From positions 1-28,114 of the forward strand of contig CAZICC010000002.1 in the NCBI GenBank assembly GCA_964537645.1: 28,114 nt of DNA. Direction: 5' to 3'. Both the position numbers and the translations under genes were made by a program. Below, one piece after another: positions 17,614 through 24,932 of this stretch. Below the pieces are notes generated by a model that saw only the letters and a program-made list of their open reading frames with translations, had not been told where the DNA came from and ran no database searches. This stretch comes from an uncultured Candidatus Saccharibacteria bacterium (lineage in GTDB: Bacteria; Patescibacteriota; Minisyncoccia; CAZICC01). How positions within the stretch are numbered: position 1 is the stretch's first letter; the number at the start of each line of letters is the position of its first letter.

Positions 17614-18726
17614 ATGAAAGATTATTACAAAATTTTAGGCGTGGAAAGAAGCGCTTCCGAAGAGGAAATCAAGAAAGCGTTCCGCCGCCTGGCGCACCAG
17701 CACCATCCCGACCGGGGAGGAGACGAAAAGAAATTCAAGGAAATCAACGAGGCCTACCAGATTTTGTCAAACAAGGAAAAAAGGGAGCGATACGACCGTT
17801 TCGGGACGACTTTTGAGGCGCCCGGCGCCGGGTCATGGTGGAGTCAAGGTTCTCCCTTCGGCCGGGGTTTTGATTTCAGCGAATTTTTCCGCCAAAAGGG
17901 GAAAGACGGCGACGCGCCTTTCGGCGGCCAGAGTTTTGATTTTGACTTAAACGACATTTTTGACAGCTTTTTCGGAGCGGCAACCCAAACGCAAAGGCGA
18001 AAAAAAGGCGCCGACATCAGGGTTGATTTGGAGATTTCCCTGGAAGAGGCGTTTTCGGGGCTTGGCAAAAAAGTGGAACTGAAAAAGTTCGTCAAATGCG
18101 CGAGGTGCGCCGGCGGCGGCGCCGAGCCGGGAAGTCCCACAAAGCAATGTCCGGATTGCGCCGGCAAGGGCGAAATCAGGCGGACGAGGCGGAGTTTTTT
18201 GGGCGGCATCAGCGAAATCGCGATTTGTCCGTCCTGCCTGGGCGAAGGGATTAAGCCGGAAAAAAATTGCCGGGATTGCCGCGGAGAAGGCCGTCGCAGC
18301 GGTTTGGAAGAAATAAAAATTGAAGTTCCGGCCGGCATCCAAAACGGTCAGTTTATTAAAATCGCCGGAAAAGGAGAAATGGCCGAAAAAGGAGGCGTGG
18401 CAGGGGATTTATACGTCCATGTCCACGTCAAACCCCACCGGCTTTTCAGGCGCGAAGGCAATGACCTTTATTATGAATTGCCGATTTCGTTCAGTCAGGC
18501 GACGCTCGGTGATAAAATTGAGGCGCCGACCATAGACGGCGCCATTGATCTGAAAATCCCGTCCGGCGCGGAGTCGGGCGCCGTTTTCAAGGTCAAAGGC
18601 AGGGGAATGAAGGGCGCGGGCGGCGGACGCGGGGATTTTTACGTCCAAATCAAGGTCAAAACGCCGAAATCCCTGACGCGCGAACAAAAGGAATTATTGG
18701 AAAAACTGAAAGAGAAAGGGTTGTAA
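17614..18726 (+). CDS. dnaJ: Molecular chaperone DnaJ
   Basis: J-domain with HPD, a G/F-rich region, four CxxCxGxG repeats and C-terminal GDLYV and FRREGNDL motifs. Confidence 0.98.
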   Translation: MKDYYKILGVERSASEEEIKKAFRRLAHQHHPDRGGDEKKFKEINEAYQILSNKEKRERYDRFGTTFEAPGAGSWWSQGSPFGRGFDFSEFFRQKGKDGDAPFGGQSFDFDLNDIFDSFFGAATQTQRRKKGADIRVDLEISLEEAFSGLGKKVELKKFVKCARCAGGGAEPGSPTKQCPDCAGKGEIRRTRRSFLGGISEIAICPSCLGEGIKPEKNCRDCRGEGRRSGLEEIKIEVPAGIQNGQFIKIAGKGEMAEKGGVAGDLYVHVHVKPHRLFRREGNDLYYELPISFSQATLGDKIEAPTIDGAIDLKIPSGAESGAVFKVKGRGMKGAGGGRGDFYVQIKVKTPKSLTREQKELLEKLKEKGL

Positions 18727-18749
18727 TTTCCCTTCGGATTTGATACTAT
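18721..18749 (+). promoter_or_regulatory. sigma70-type promoter for tRNA-Lys-secDF
   Basis: TTGTAA (includes the dnaJ stop)-N17-TACTAT with a TG extension. Confidence 0.6.
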
Positions 18750-18759
18750 TTATTTCGTG

Positions 18760-18916
18760 AGGAAATCTGTTCTAATAAAATTTTCATAAGGGACCGGCCG
18801 GAAAACAATCTTTACAAGCGGTATAAAAACTGATAGAGATTCCTCGCTTCGCTCGGAATGACAGAAAAATAAAGGCCGTGGGGTCCCCAAAGAAAATTTT
18901 ATAGAATAGATTTCCT
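18760..18916 (+). mobile_element. ~157-nt MITE-like structured element, copy 1
   Basis: Imperfect ~25-bp terminal inverted repeats (AGGAAATCTGTTCTA...TAGAATAGATTTCCT), an inner GC stem and the core GAGATTCCTCGCTTCGCTCGGAATGAC; homologous to the reverse complement of 21400-21563. Confidence 0.7.
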
Positions 18917-18925
18917 TTTTCTTGT

Positions 18926-18998
18926 CCGCCCATAGCTCAGTTGGTAGAGCAGCTCCCTTTTAAGGAGAGGGTCCCAGGTTCGAATCCTGGTGGGCGGA
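18926..18998 (+). tRNA. tRNA-Lys (anticodon UUU)
   Basis: Full cloverleaf: acceptor CCGCCCA/TGGGCGG, D-arm GCTC/GAGC, anticodon loop CTTTTAA and T-arm CCAGG-TTCGAAT-CCTGG. CCA is not encoded, and there is one G-A mismatch at the top of the anticodon stem. Confidence 0.95.
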
Positions 18999-19007
18999 TA
19001 CGTTTGA

Positions 19008-20516
19008 ATGTTTACTAATCCTGACGAAAAAAAAATAATTCCGAAATCGTCCAAACACCGGCGGTGGGTTTATCTTTTGGTCGCCATAATGCTTTCGGCG
19101 CTGTTTTTCGGTTTTTTGGGATACCCGGCGGCCTGGGACAAATCCGCCGATTTTATCAACGAAAAATTAAGTTTGGAAAATTACGGCTTAAAAATCCCCC
19201 ATATCTGGAAAATTCCTTTCCGCCTCGGTCTGGATTTGCAGGGAGGCACCCATTTGGTTTACCGGGCCGATTTGTCGGGACAAGAAGATGATCCCGATTC
19301 CTCAATGGCCGGCCTTCGGGACGTTATTGAACGCCGGACCAACCTTTTCGGCGTGGCCGAGCCCCTGGTAAGCGTCAACAAGACCGGAAACGACTGGCGC
19401 CTGATAGTGGAACTCGCCGGCATCAAAGATATTGGACAAGCCATTAAAATGATAGGGGAGACGCCGTTTTTGGAATTCAGGGAAGAAAAGAGCGTTTCGG
19501 AGCGCGACGAAATCCTGGCGATGACCCTAGAAGAAGAAACCGCGAATCAAATCAAAGACGCCATCTGTCTGAACGCGCACGCGTTGACCGCTTACCTCCA
19601 GTCCTATCCTTACGTCGGCGACCCTTGCTATATTCCGACGCCGCTTAACGGCAAATACCTGAAACGTTCCGCCTTGGATTTTGACCCGACCACCTACAAG
19701 CCCGTGGTAAATCTGGAATTCAACGACGAAGGGACGAAATTGTTCGCCGATATCACCGAACGGAACGTCGGCAGATTCGTGGCGATTTACCTTGACGGCG
19801 CTCCGATTGAAATTCCGCGGGTCAACGAAAAGATTCCCAGCGGCCGGGCTCAGATTTCCGGCGCTTTCTCCGCCGAAGACGCAAAAATTCTGGTTGAACG
19901 GCTCAACGCCGGCGCCCTGCCGGTTCCCATAAATTTGATTTCCCAGCGCAGCGTCGGCGCGAGCTTGGGCGCCGATTCCCTGCAAAAAAGCATCAGGGCC
20001 GGAATTTTGGGTTTCCTGCTGGTCGCGGCATTTATGGTTGTTTTTTACCGCCTGCCCGGAGTTTTCGCCGTTTCCGCGCTTTTAATCTACATCTCGGTCG
20101 TCTTGATGATATTCAAAACCATTCCGGTGACTTTGACCTTGGCGGGCATTGCCGGATTCATCCTTTCCATAGGTATGGCGGTTGACGCCAATATTTTGAT
20201 TTTTGAACGAATGAGAGAAGAGTTGCGCTCCGGCCGCCGCCTGGCATCGGCCGTTGAAGAGGGGTTTTCTCGCGCCTGGCCGTCAATCCGCGATTCCAAT
20301 ATTTCCACCATCATTACCTGCGTCGTCCTTTACACTTTTGCCGCTTCCATCATCAAGGGATTCGCCCTGACTCTGCTTATCGGCGTAATCGTCAGTATGT
20401 TTTCGGCCATTTTTGTCACCCGGACGCTTTTGAAGGTTTTTCTCGGTCCCGGGCTGGAAAATAAAAATTGGCTTTTCGGCTTGTGCAAACTCCGCGGCGA
20501 AGCCGACAAATCATGA
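19008..20516 (+). CDS. secD: Protein translocase subunit SecD
   Basis: LGLDLQGG, VIERR.N.FGVAEP, AIYLDG, LNAGALPVP, SVGASLG, LTLAGIAG and GMAVDANILIFER. Confidence 0.98.
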   Translation: MFTNPDEKKIIPKSSKHRRWVYLLVAIMLSALFFGFLGYPAAWDKSADFINEKLSLENYGLKIPHIWKIPFRLGLDLQGGTHLVYRADLSGQEDDPDSSMAGLRDVIERRTNLFGVAEPLVSVNKTGNDWRLIVELAGIKDIGQAIKMIGETPFLEFREEKSVSERDEILAMTLEEETANQIKDAICLNAHALTAYLQSYPYVGDPCYIPTPLNGKYLKRSALDFDPTTYKPVVNLEFNDEGTKLFADITERNVGRFVAIYLDGAPIEIPRVNEKIPSGRAQISGAFSAEDAKILVERLNAGALPVPINLISQRSVGASLGADSLQKSIRAGILGFLLVAAFMVVFYRLPGVFAVSALLIYISVVLMIFKTIPVTLTLAGIAGFILSIGMAVDANILIFERMREELRSGRRLASAVEEGFSRAWPSIRDSNISTIITCVVLYTFAASIIKGFALTLLIGVIVSMFSAIFVTRTLLKVFLGPGLENKNWLFGLCKLRGEADKS

Positions 20517-21403
20517 TTAACATCATAGGAAACAGGAAAATTTTTTACGCCATTTCCGGGATTTTCGCCGCCGCGGCTATTTTCGGCCTGGTATTTTTTG
20601 GCCTGTCTCTCGGAATAGATTTTAAGGGCGGGTCGGTTATGGAAGCGGAATTCGGCGAGCGGCTGCCCGCGAACGAAGAAATCAGAACCGTTTTGTCAAG
20701 CCTTGATTTGGGCGATTTTTCCGTCCGAACAATCGGCGAAAAAGCGGTAATGTTTAAATTCAGAGACATCTCCGAAGAAACTCACCAGGTAATTTTGGAA
20801 TCGCTCAGAACTGCATTTCCGGATATTGAAGAAAAACAATTTGAATCAATTGGTCCGACCATCGGCCGCGAGCTTCGCAACAAAGCCGTCACCTCTTCCG
20901 TTGTCGTGCTTCTCGCCATTTCTCTCTATATTGCCTGGGCGTTCCGGAAAGTTTCCCGGCCGGTTTCTTCATGGCGTTACGGCGTGGTCACGCTTGTCGC
21001 TTTATTTCACGACATTTTGATACCGACCGGCGTTTTCGCCTACCTGGGCCATTTCCGGGGCGTGGAAATAGATTCCAATTTCATCGTCGCGATTCTGGTG
21101 ATTCTGGGATTTTCGGTCCACGACACCATCGTGGTTTTTGACCGCACCCGGGAAAATTTAAAACGTTACAACTGGGTGGACTTCGCGGAACTGGTCAACC
21201 AGAGCGTCAACGAAGTGTTGGGCCGTTCAATAAAAACTTCGTTTTCTCTTCTTTTGGTGCTGGCGGCTTTATTCGTTTGGGGCGGCGCCACGTTGAAATT
21301 TTTCGTTCTGGCGCTGATGATAGGTATTTTCTTCGGCACCTACTCCTCTATTTTCATCGCCAGCGCTTTAATCGTTGACTGGGAAAAAAGGTTGAGGAGA
21401 TAA
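20513..21403 (+). CDS. secF: Protein translocase subunit SecF
   Basis: LGIDFKGGS, FESIGPTIG, HDILI, GFSVHDTIVVFDR.RENL and GTYSSIFIAS; ATGA overlap with the secD stop. Confidence 0.97.
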   Translation: MINIIGNRKIFYAISGIFAAAAIFGLVFFGLSLGIDFKGGSVMEAEFGERLPANEEIRTVLSSLDLGDFSVRTIGEKAVMFKFRDISEETHQVILESLRTAFPDIEEKQFESIGPTIGRELRNKAVTSSVVVLLAISLYIAWAFRKVSRPVSSWRYGVVTLVALFHDILIPTGVFAYLGHFRGVEIDSNFIVAILVILGFSVHDTIVVFDRTRENLKRYNWVDFAELVNQSVNEVLGRSIKTSFSLLLVLAALFVWGGATLKFFVLALMIGIFFGTYSSIFIASALIVDWEKRLRR

Positions 21404-21563
21404 GGAAACTTCTTTTTTAAATTTTCTCCGGGGACCCCCCCGCGACCTTTATTTTTTTGTCATTCCGAGCGTAGCGAGGAATCTCTATAAATTTTAATGC
21501 CGTGTTTTAAATTTATTGTTCGGTCGGCCCCAAATGAAAATTTTATAAAAGAAGTTTCCTTAT
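21400..21563 (-). mobile_element. ~160-nt MITE-like structured element, copy 2 (inverted relative to copy 1)
   Basis: Perfect 17-bp terminal IR ATAAGGAAACTTCTTTT/AAAAGAAGTTTCCTTAT; core 21458-21488 matches the reverse complement of 18833-18863 at 30/31. Confidence 0.7.
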
Positions 21564-21580
21564 TGAAGATTGAAAAATGA

Positions 21581-21614
21581 AAAAAACCGCTCCCGTTTTC
21601 GGGGGCAGTTTTTT
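21581..21614. terminator. Bidirectional intrinsic terminator between convergent genes
   Basis: AAAAAAC-C-GCTCCCG-TTTT-CGGGGGC-A-GTTTTTT. Confidence 0.8.
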
Positions 21615-21628
21615 ATTTCATCTAGAAA

Positions 21629-21964
21629 TTAATATCTCGGCGTCCAGCCGAGAATAATTTCCAGGCGGTTTTTGGTTTCCATCGCCGCTTCTACGACCCG
21701 CTCGTCTTTTTCAATTATAAGCAGATCGTAAATGGCGTTGAGGGCGGCCGGATTGCCGCATTCGTCCAGCCACCCCAACACCGCGAAGCGGCATCCAGGA
21801 TTTTCGGACCTAAGCAGCTCAATGAGTTTCTGAAAAGCCCGCTCGTCGCCTTCTTTCGCCAACGCGCCGATTTCATTGGCCACCAGGCAAAGAGGCAAAG
21901 AACATCCTTTGGGGTCGTGAAGAATACTCAATAATTCTTCACGAGTCAGATTGGTTTTTCTCAT
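21629..21964 (-). CDS. Small HEAT-repeat-like hypothetical protein
   Basis: 111 aa with AGGAGG upstream; ERAFQKLIELL...RFAVL.WL...ALNAI..LL..EKDERV pattern. Confidence 0.7.
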   Translation of the reverse strand: MRKTNLTREELLSILHDPKGCSLPLCLVANEIGALAKEGDERAFQKLIELLRSENPGCRFAVLGWLDECGNPAALNAIYDLLIIEKDERVVEAAMETKNRLEIILGWTPRY

Positions 21965-21981
21965 TTTTCCTCCTTTTTCTT

Positions 21982-22179
21982 TTAAATTTTGTCCAATCGT
22001 TTCATTATTCGTCGAATACGCGGCGAAATGCCGGTGGTTTTTTCTTCCGGCAGTTTTCCTTTAAAGTAATCGGAATTTTCATCCGATTTTGGCGGCGGAT
22101 ATGGCGATTCACCGCAATTCGGACAAACATCGCTTCCGGCAGTCCAAATGGAACAGCCGCATCGCCAGCACCTGAACAT
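21982..22179 (-). CDS. Small zinc-ribbon-like protein
   Basis: 65 aa with CxxC (CWRC) and CPNC motifs; GGGAGG SD 5 nt before ATG. Confidence 0.7.
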   Translation of the reverse strand: MFRCWRCGCSIWTAGSDVCPNCGESPYPPPKSDENSDYFKGKLPEEKTTGISPRIRRIMKRLDKI

Positions 22180-22215
22180 ATCGGCCTCCCTTGTTTTTTG
22201 TCAAAGTGCGTTCCA

Positions 22216-22252
22216 TTGACATAATTGTATATTAATATTATAATAGTGTCAA
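22216..22252. promoter_or_regulatory. Overlapping divergent sigma70 promoters
   Basis: Plus strand TTGACA (22216-21)-N17-TATAAT (22239-44); minus strand TTGACA (22252-47)-N17-TACAAT (22229-24). Confidence 0.8.
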
Positions 22253-22338
22253 GTATTTGACATAATCCAAAATATATAGTATTTTTATATCGTGACATTT
22301 TTTAAAATTAATAATAAAACGCACTATCAAAGAAGAAT

Positions 22339-23412
22339 ATGACCCAAGGCAACGTTTCAAAAATCGTCAAAGAAACACTCTCGTTTTTGAACGAAAGAAC
22401 CAGAAACGTGATTGAAAAAAGGTACGGCCTCCGGACAGGCGAACCGCAAACTCTGGAATCAATCGGCAACGAATACAAAATCACCCGCGAACGGGTCAGA
22501 CAGATAGAGGCCAATGGCCTAAAAACATTGGCCGGAGCGAAAGAGCGTCTGAAATCGCTGGCGGATTTTTTGGCGGAAACCAAAAATTACCTGGCGTCCT
22601 TCGGAGGCGTCAGGAAGGAAACGGCTTTGTTCGCCGATTTTGCCAGGGTTGCCGGCGCCGCCAAAAGAAAAATCGCCGATTGCGAAATAAATTTCCTGAT
22701 GGCTTTGGACGACGACTTGGATTTCGCGGCCGAAACGGACGAATTTCACGCGGCCTGGTCTTCGGATAAAGAAATTTATACCCGGATAAAGCAAGGGCTG
22801 AACGACCTCGTGAAAAATCTGGGAACGAGAAACGAATCGTTGGCGTTCGGCCGGCTCGTTGAAGAGTCGCGCGATTGTTTCGGGGCATTGGCCAGGAATC
22901 GCGGAGACGAAATCCTGACGGGATGGCTAGAATTATCAAAACTTATCGCCTCCAATCCTTACGGGGAATACGGCCTAGCTTCCTGGCCGGAAATTCTGCC
23001 GCAAGGCGTGAGAGACAAGGCGTATCTCGTCATAAAAAAAGAAAAAACGCCCCTGCATTTCGTCCAAATCAGCCGTTTGATAGAAAAAACTTTCAGGGCG
23101 GGCCGTCCCGTCAACCACCAGACGGTCCATAACGAACTGATAAAAGACCCGCGTTTCGTCCTGGTCGGGCGCGGCACCTACGCCTTGGCGGACTGGGGGT
23201 TCGAACCCGGCACCGTGAAGGAAATAATCGCCTCCATCCTCAAAAAATACAAAAAACCCATGGCCAAAAACGAAATTCTGGAGGCCGTTTCAAAACAGCG
23301 CCAAGTCAAGGAATTAACCGTGATTTTCAATCTCCAAAACAGAAAGTTTTTCAAGCGGTTCGCGGACGGACGTTACGCCCTGAACGAAGAATTAATCATT
23401 GAAGAGACATAA
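22339..23412 (+). CDS. Sigma-70 region-4 HTH plus HARE-HTH (RNAP delta-like) domain protein
   Basis: N-terminal R.VIEKRYGL....QTLESIG..Y.ITRERVRQIE; C-terminal RDKAYLV...PLHF..I...TVHNELIKDPRFVLVGRGTYALADWG followed by another wHTH-like segment. No sigma region 2 is seen. Confidence 0.85.
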   Translation: MTQGNVSKIVKETLSFLNERTRNVIEKRYGLRTGEPQTLESIGNEYKITRERVRQIEANGLKTLAGAKERLKSLADFLAETKNYLASFGGVRKETALFADFARVAGAAKRKIADCEINFLMALDDDLDFAAETDEFHAAWSSDKEIYTRIKQGLNDLVKNLGTRNESLAFGRLVEESRDCFGALARNRGDEILTGWLELSKLIASNPYGEYGLASWPEILPQGVRDKAYLVIKKEKTPLHFVQISRLIEKTFRAGRPVNHQTVHNELIKDPRFVLVGRGTYALADWGFEPGTVKEIIASILKKYKKPMAKNEILEAVSKQRQVKELTVIFNLQNRKFFKRFADGRYALNEELIIEET

Positions 23413-23440
23413 TCCGATTTCGATATTTAGCGAAATCGGC

Positions 23441-23562
23441 AAATCCGAAATCCTAAATCCGAAATCCGAAACGATATTTAAATTCAAAATTCAAAAAGTT
23501 TAAAATTTGAACATTTGAATTTTGGATTTGTTTAGAATTTCGATATTCGAATTTAGAATTTT
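23441..23562. repeat. Heptamer-period imperfect hairpin (AAATCCG arm / AATTTCG arm)
   Basis: AAATCCG AAATCCT AAATCCG AAATCCG AAAC ... GTTTAG AATTTCG ATATTCG AATTTAG; preceded by a 9-bp stem at 23414-23439. Confidence 0.8.
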
Positions 23563-23568
23563 GCCGTT

Positions 23569-24837
23569 GTGCCTTTGGAAATCGGTTTTTTAAAAGAAAT
23601 CGGACAAATATTCCTGAATTTATGGTGGCTTTACCTGCCTCCGGTTTTGTTTTTCGTTTTTCTTGATTTGTGGGTCGTTTATCTGAAACTGAAAACCATC
23701 TCGGCGCTCAAGTGGCAGCTTCTGGAAATAAAAATTCCCAGGGACATCCAAAAGACCCCGAAGGCGATGGAGCAGATTTTTTCGGGATTGCACGGCATCC
23801 ACGTCTGGGCGTTCACTTTCGCGGACAAATATTTTAAAGGCAAAATTCAAGAATGGTTCTCTTTTGAAATCGTCGGGATAAACGGCGATATTTATTTTTT
23901 CGTTTACACGCCGGTCCAGTTCAGGAACCTTGTTGAAGCCCAGATTTATTCCCAATATCCGTCGGCGGAAATCAACGAAGTTGAGGATTACACGGCGCTG
24001 GTCCCGCCGGATATTCCCGGGCGCGATTACGATTTGTGGGGCACGGAACTGGTTTTAATCAAGCCCGACCCGTATCCCATCAGAACTTATCAGTATTGGG
24101 AGGCGATACCCGAAGAACAACGACTTGATCCTTTGGCGTCGCTGACGGAGGTTCTGTCCAAATTGAAACAAGGCGAACAAATCTGGATCCAATTTTTGAT
24201 AAAACCCACCGGCCTCAAATGGGTTGAAGAAGGAAGAGCGCTGGTGGATAAATTGATAGGCAAAAAACCTAAGAAGAAAGAATCGTTCTGGGGGAAATTT
24301 TCCATCGTGCCGGAATTTTTGAAAAACCTGCTCCGGGCGCCGTTTGCCGAACCGGTTTGGGGCGAGTCCAAGAAAGAAGGCGAAAAAGAAGCGCCGCCAT
24401 CGCTTATAACTTTTTTATCTCCCGGCGAAAAAGAAGTGGTGGAAGCCATTGAAAACGACATAGCCAAACTTGGCTTTGACGTGGCGATACGATTCGCGTA
24501 TCTCGGCCGAAGGGATATTTTTTCGCGCGTCAACGTGGCGGCCGTAATGGGATGCTTCAAGCAGTTCAACGCCCAGAACCTCAACGGCTTTATGCCGAAT
24601 ATCGGCGTGTCAACTTCCGTCCGTTACCCGTTTTTTAAAAAACAGCGGGAGTATTTGAGAAAAAGAAGATTGTTCGCGCGGTATAAATTGCGACTGCCGG
24701 CTTCCAAATATTTCGTTTTGAACATTGAGGAACTGGCCACGGTTTACCATTTTCCGTCTTTCGCGGTGGAAGCGCCGACTCTACGCCGAATTGAAGCCAA
24801 GAAAGGCGGCCCGCCGGCGGATCTTCCGGTAGAGTAA
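23569..24837 (+). CDS. Conserved hypothetical protein with N-terminal TM helix, partner of the downstream VirD4-like ATPase
   Basis: LEIKIPRD..KTPKAMEQIF, SFEI, VEAQIYSQYP.AEI, PIRTY and LNIEELATVYHFP motifs, recalled as typical of genes beside CPR VirD4-like ATPases. Confidence 0.85.
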   Translation: MPLEIGFLKEIGQIFLNLWWLYLPPVLFFVFLDLWVVYLKLKTISALKWQLLEIKIPRDIQKTPKAMEQIFSGLHGIHVWAFTFADKYFKGKIQEWFSFEIVGINGDIYFFVYTPVQFRNLVEAQIYSQYPSAEINEVEDYTALVPPDIPGRDYDLWGTELVLIKPDPYPIRTYQYWEAIPEEQRLDPLASLTEVLSKLKQGEQIWIQFLIKPTGLKWVEEGRALVDKLIGKKPKKKESFWGKFSIVPEFLKNLLRAPFAEPVWGESKKEGEKEAPPSLITFLSPGEKEVVEAIENDIAKLGFDVAIRFAYLGRRDIFSRVNVAAVMGCFKQFNAQNLNGFMPNIGVSTSVRYPFFKKQREYLRKRRLFARYKLRLPASKYFVLNIEELATVYHFPSFAVEAPTLRRIEAKKGGPPADLPVE

Positions 24838-24925
24838 CTAACAATTTACAACTTACGACTTACGACAAGAGGTTAGAGATTATTTAAAAGAACGGCTTGC
24901 GACTTTTGTTGTTTGTTGTTAGTTA
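24835..24925. repeat. Heptamer-period imperfect hairpin (TTACGAC arm / TTGTTG arm)
   Basis: TAACTAACAA (24835-44) is the exact reverse complement of TTGTTAGTTA (24916-25); TTACAAC TTACGAC TTACGAC units. Confidence 0.75.
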
Positions 24926-24932
24926 ATAAATT

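Noticed and set aside
18926-18998. tRNA-Lys as an integration site of a genomic island or prophage
   Set aside because: I saw no duplicated tRNA 3' end and no integrase, and the downstream genes are housekeeping secD and secF.
22339-23412. Bona fide sigma factor (rpoD-like)
   Set aside because: Only region 4 is recognisable; regions 2 and 3 needed for core binding and -10 melting are absent.
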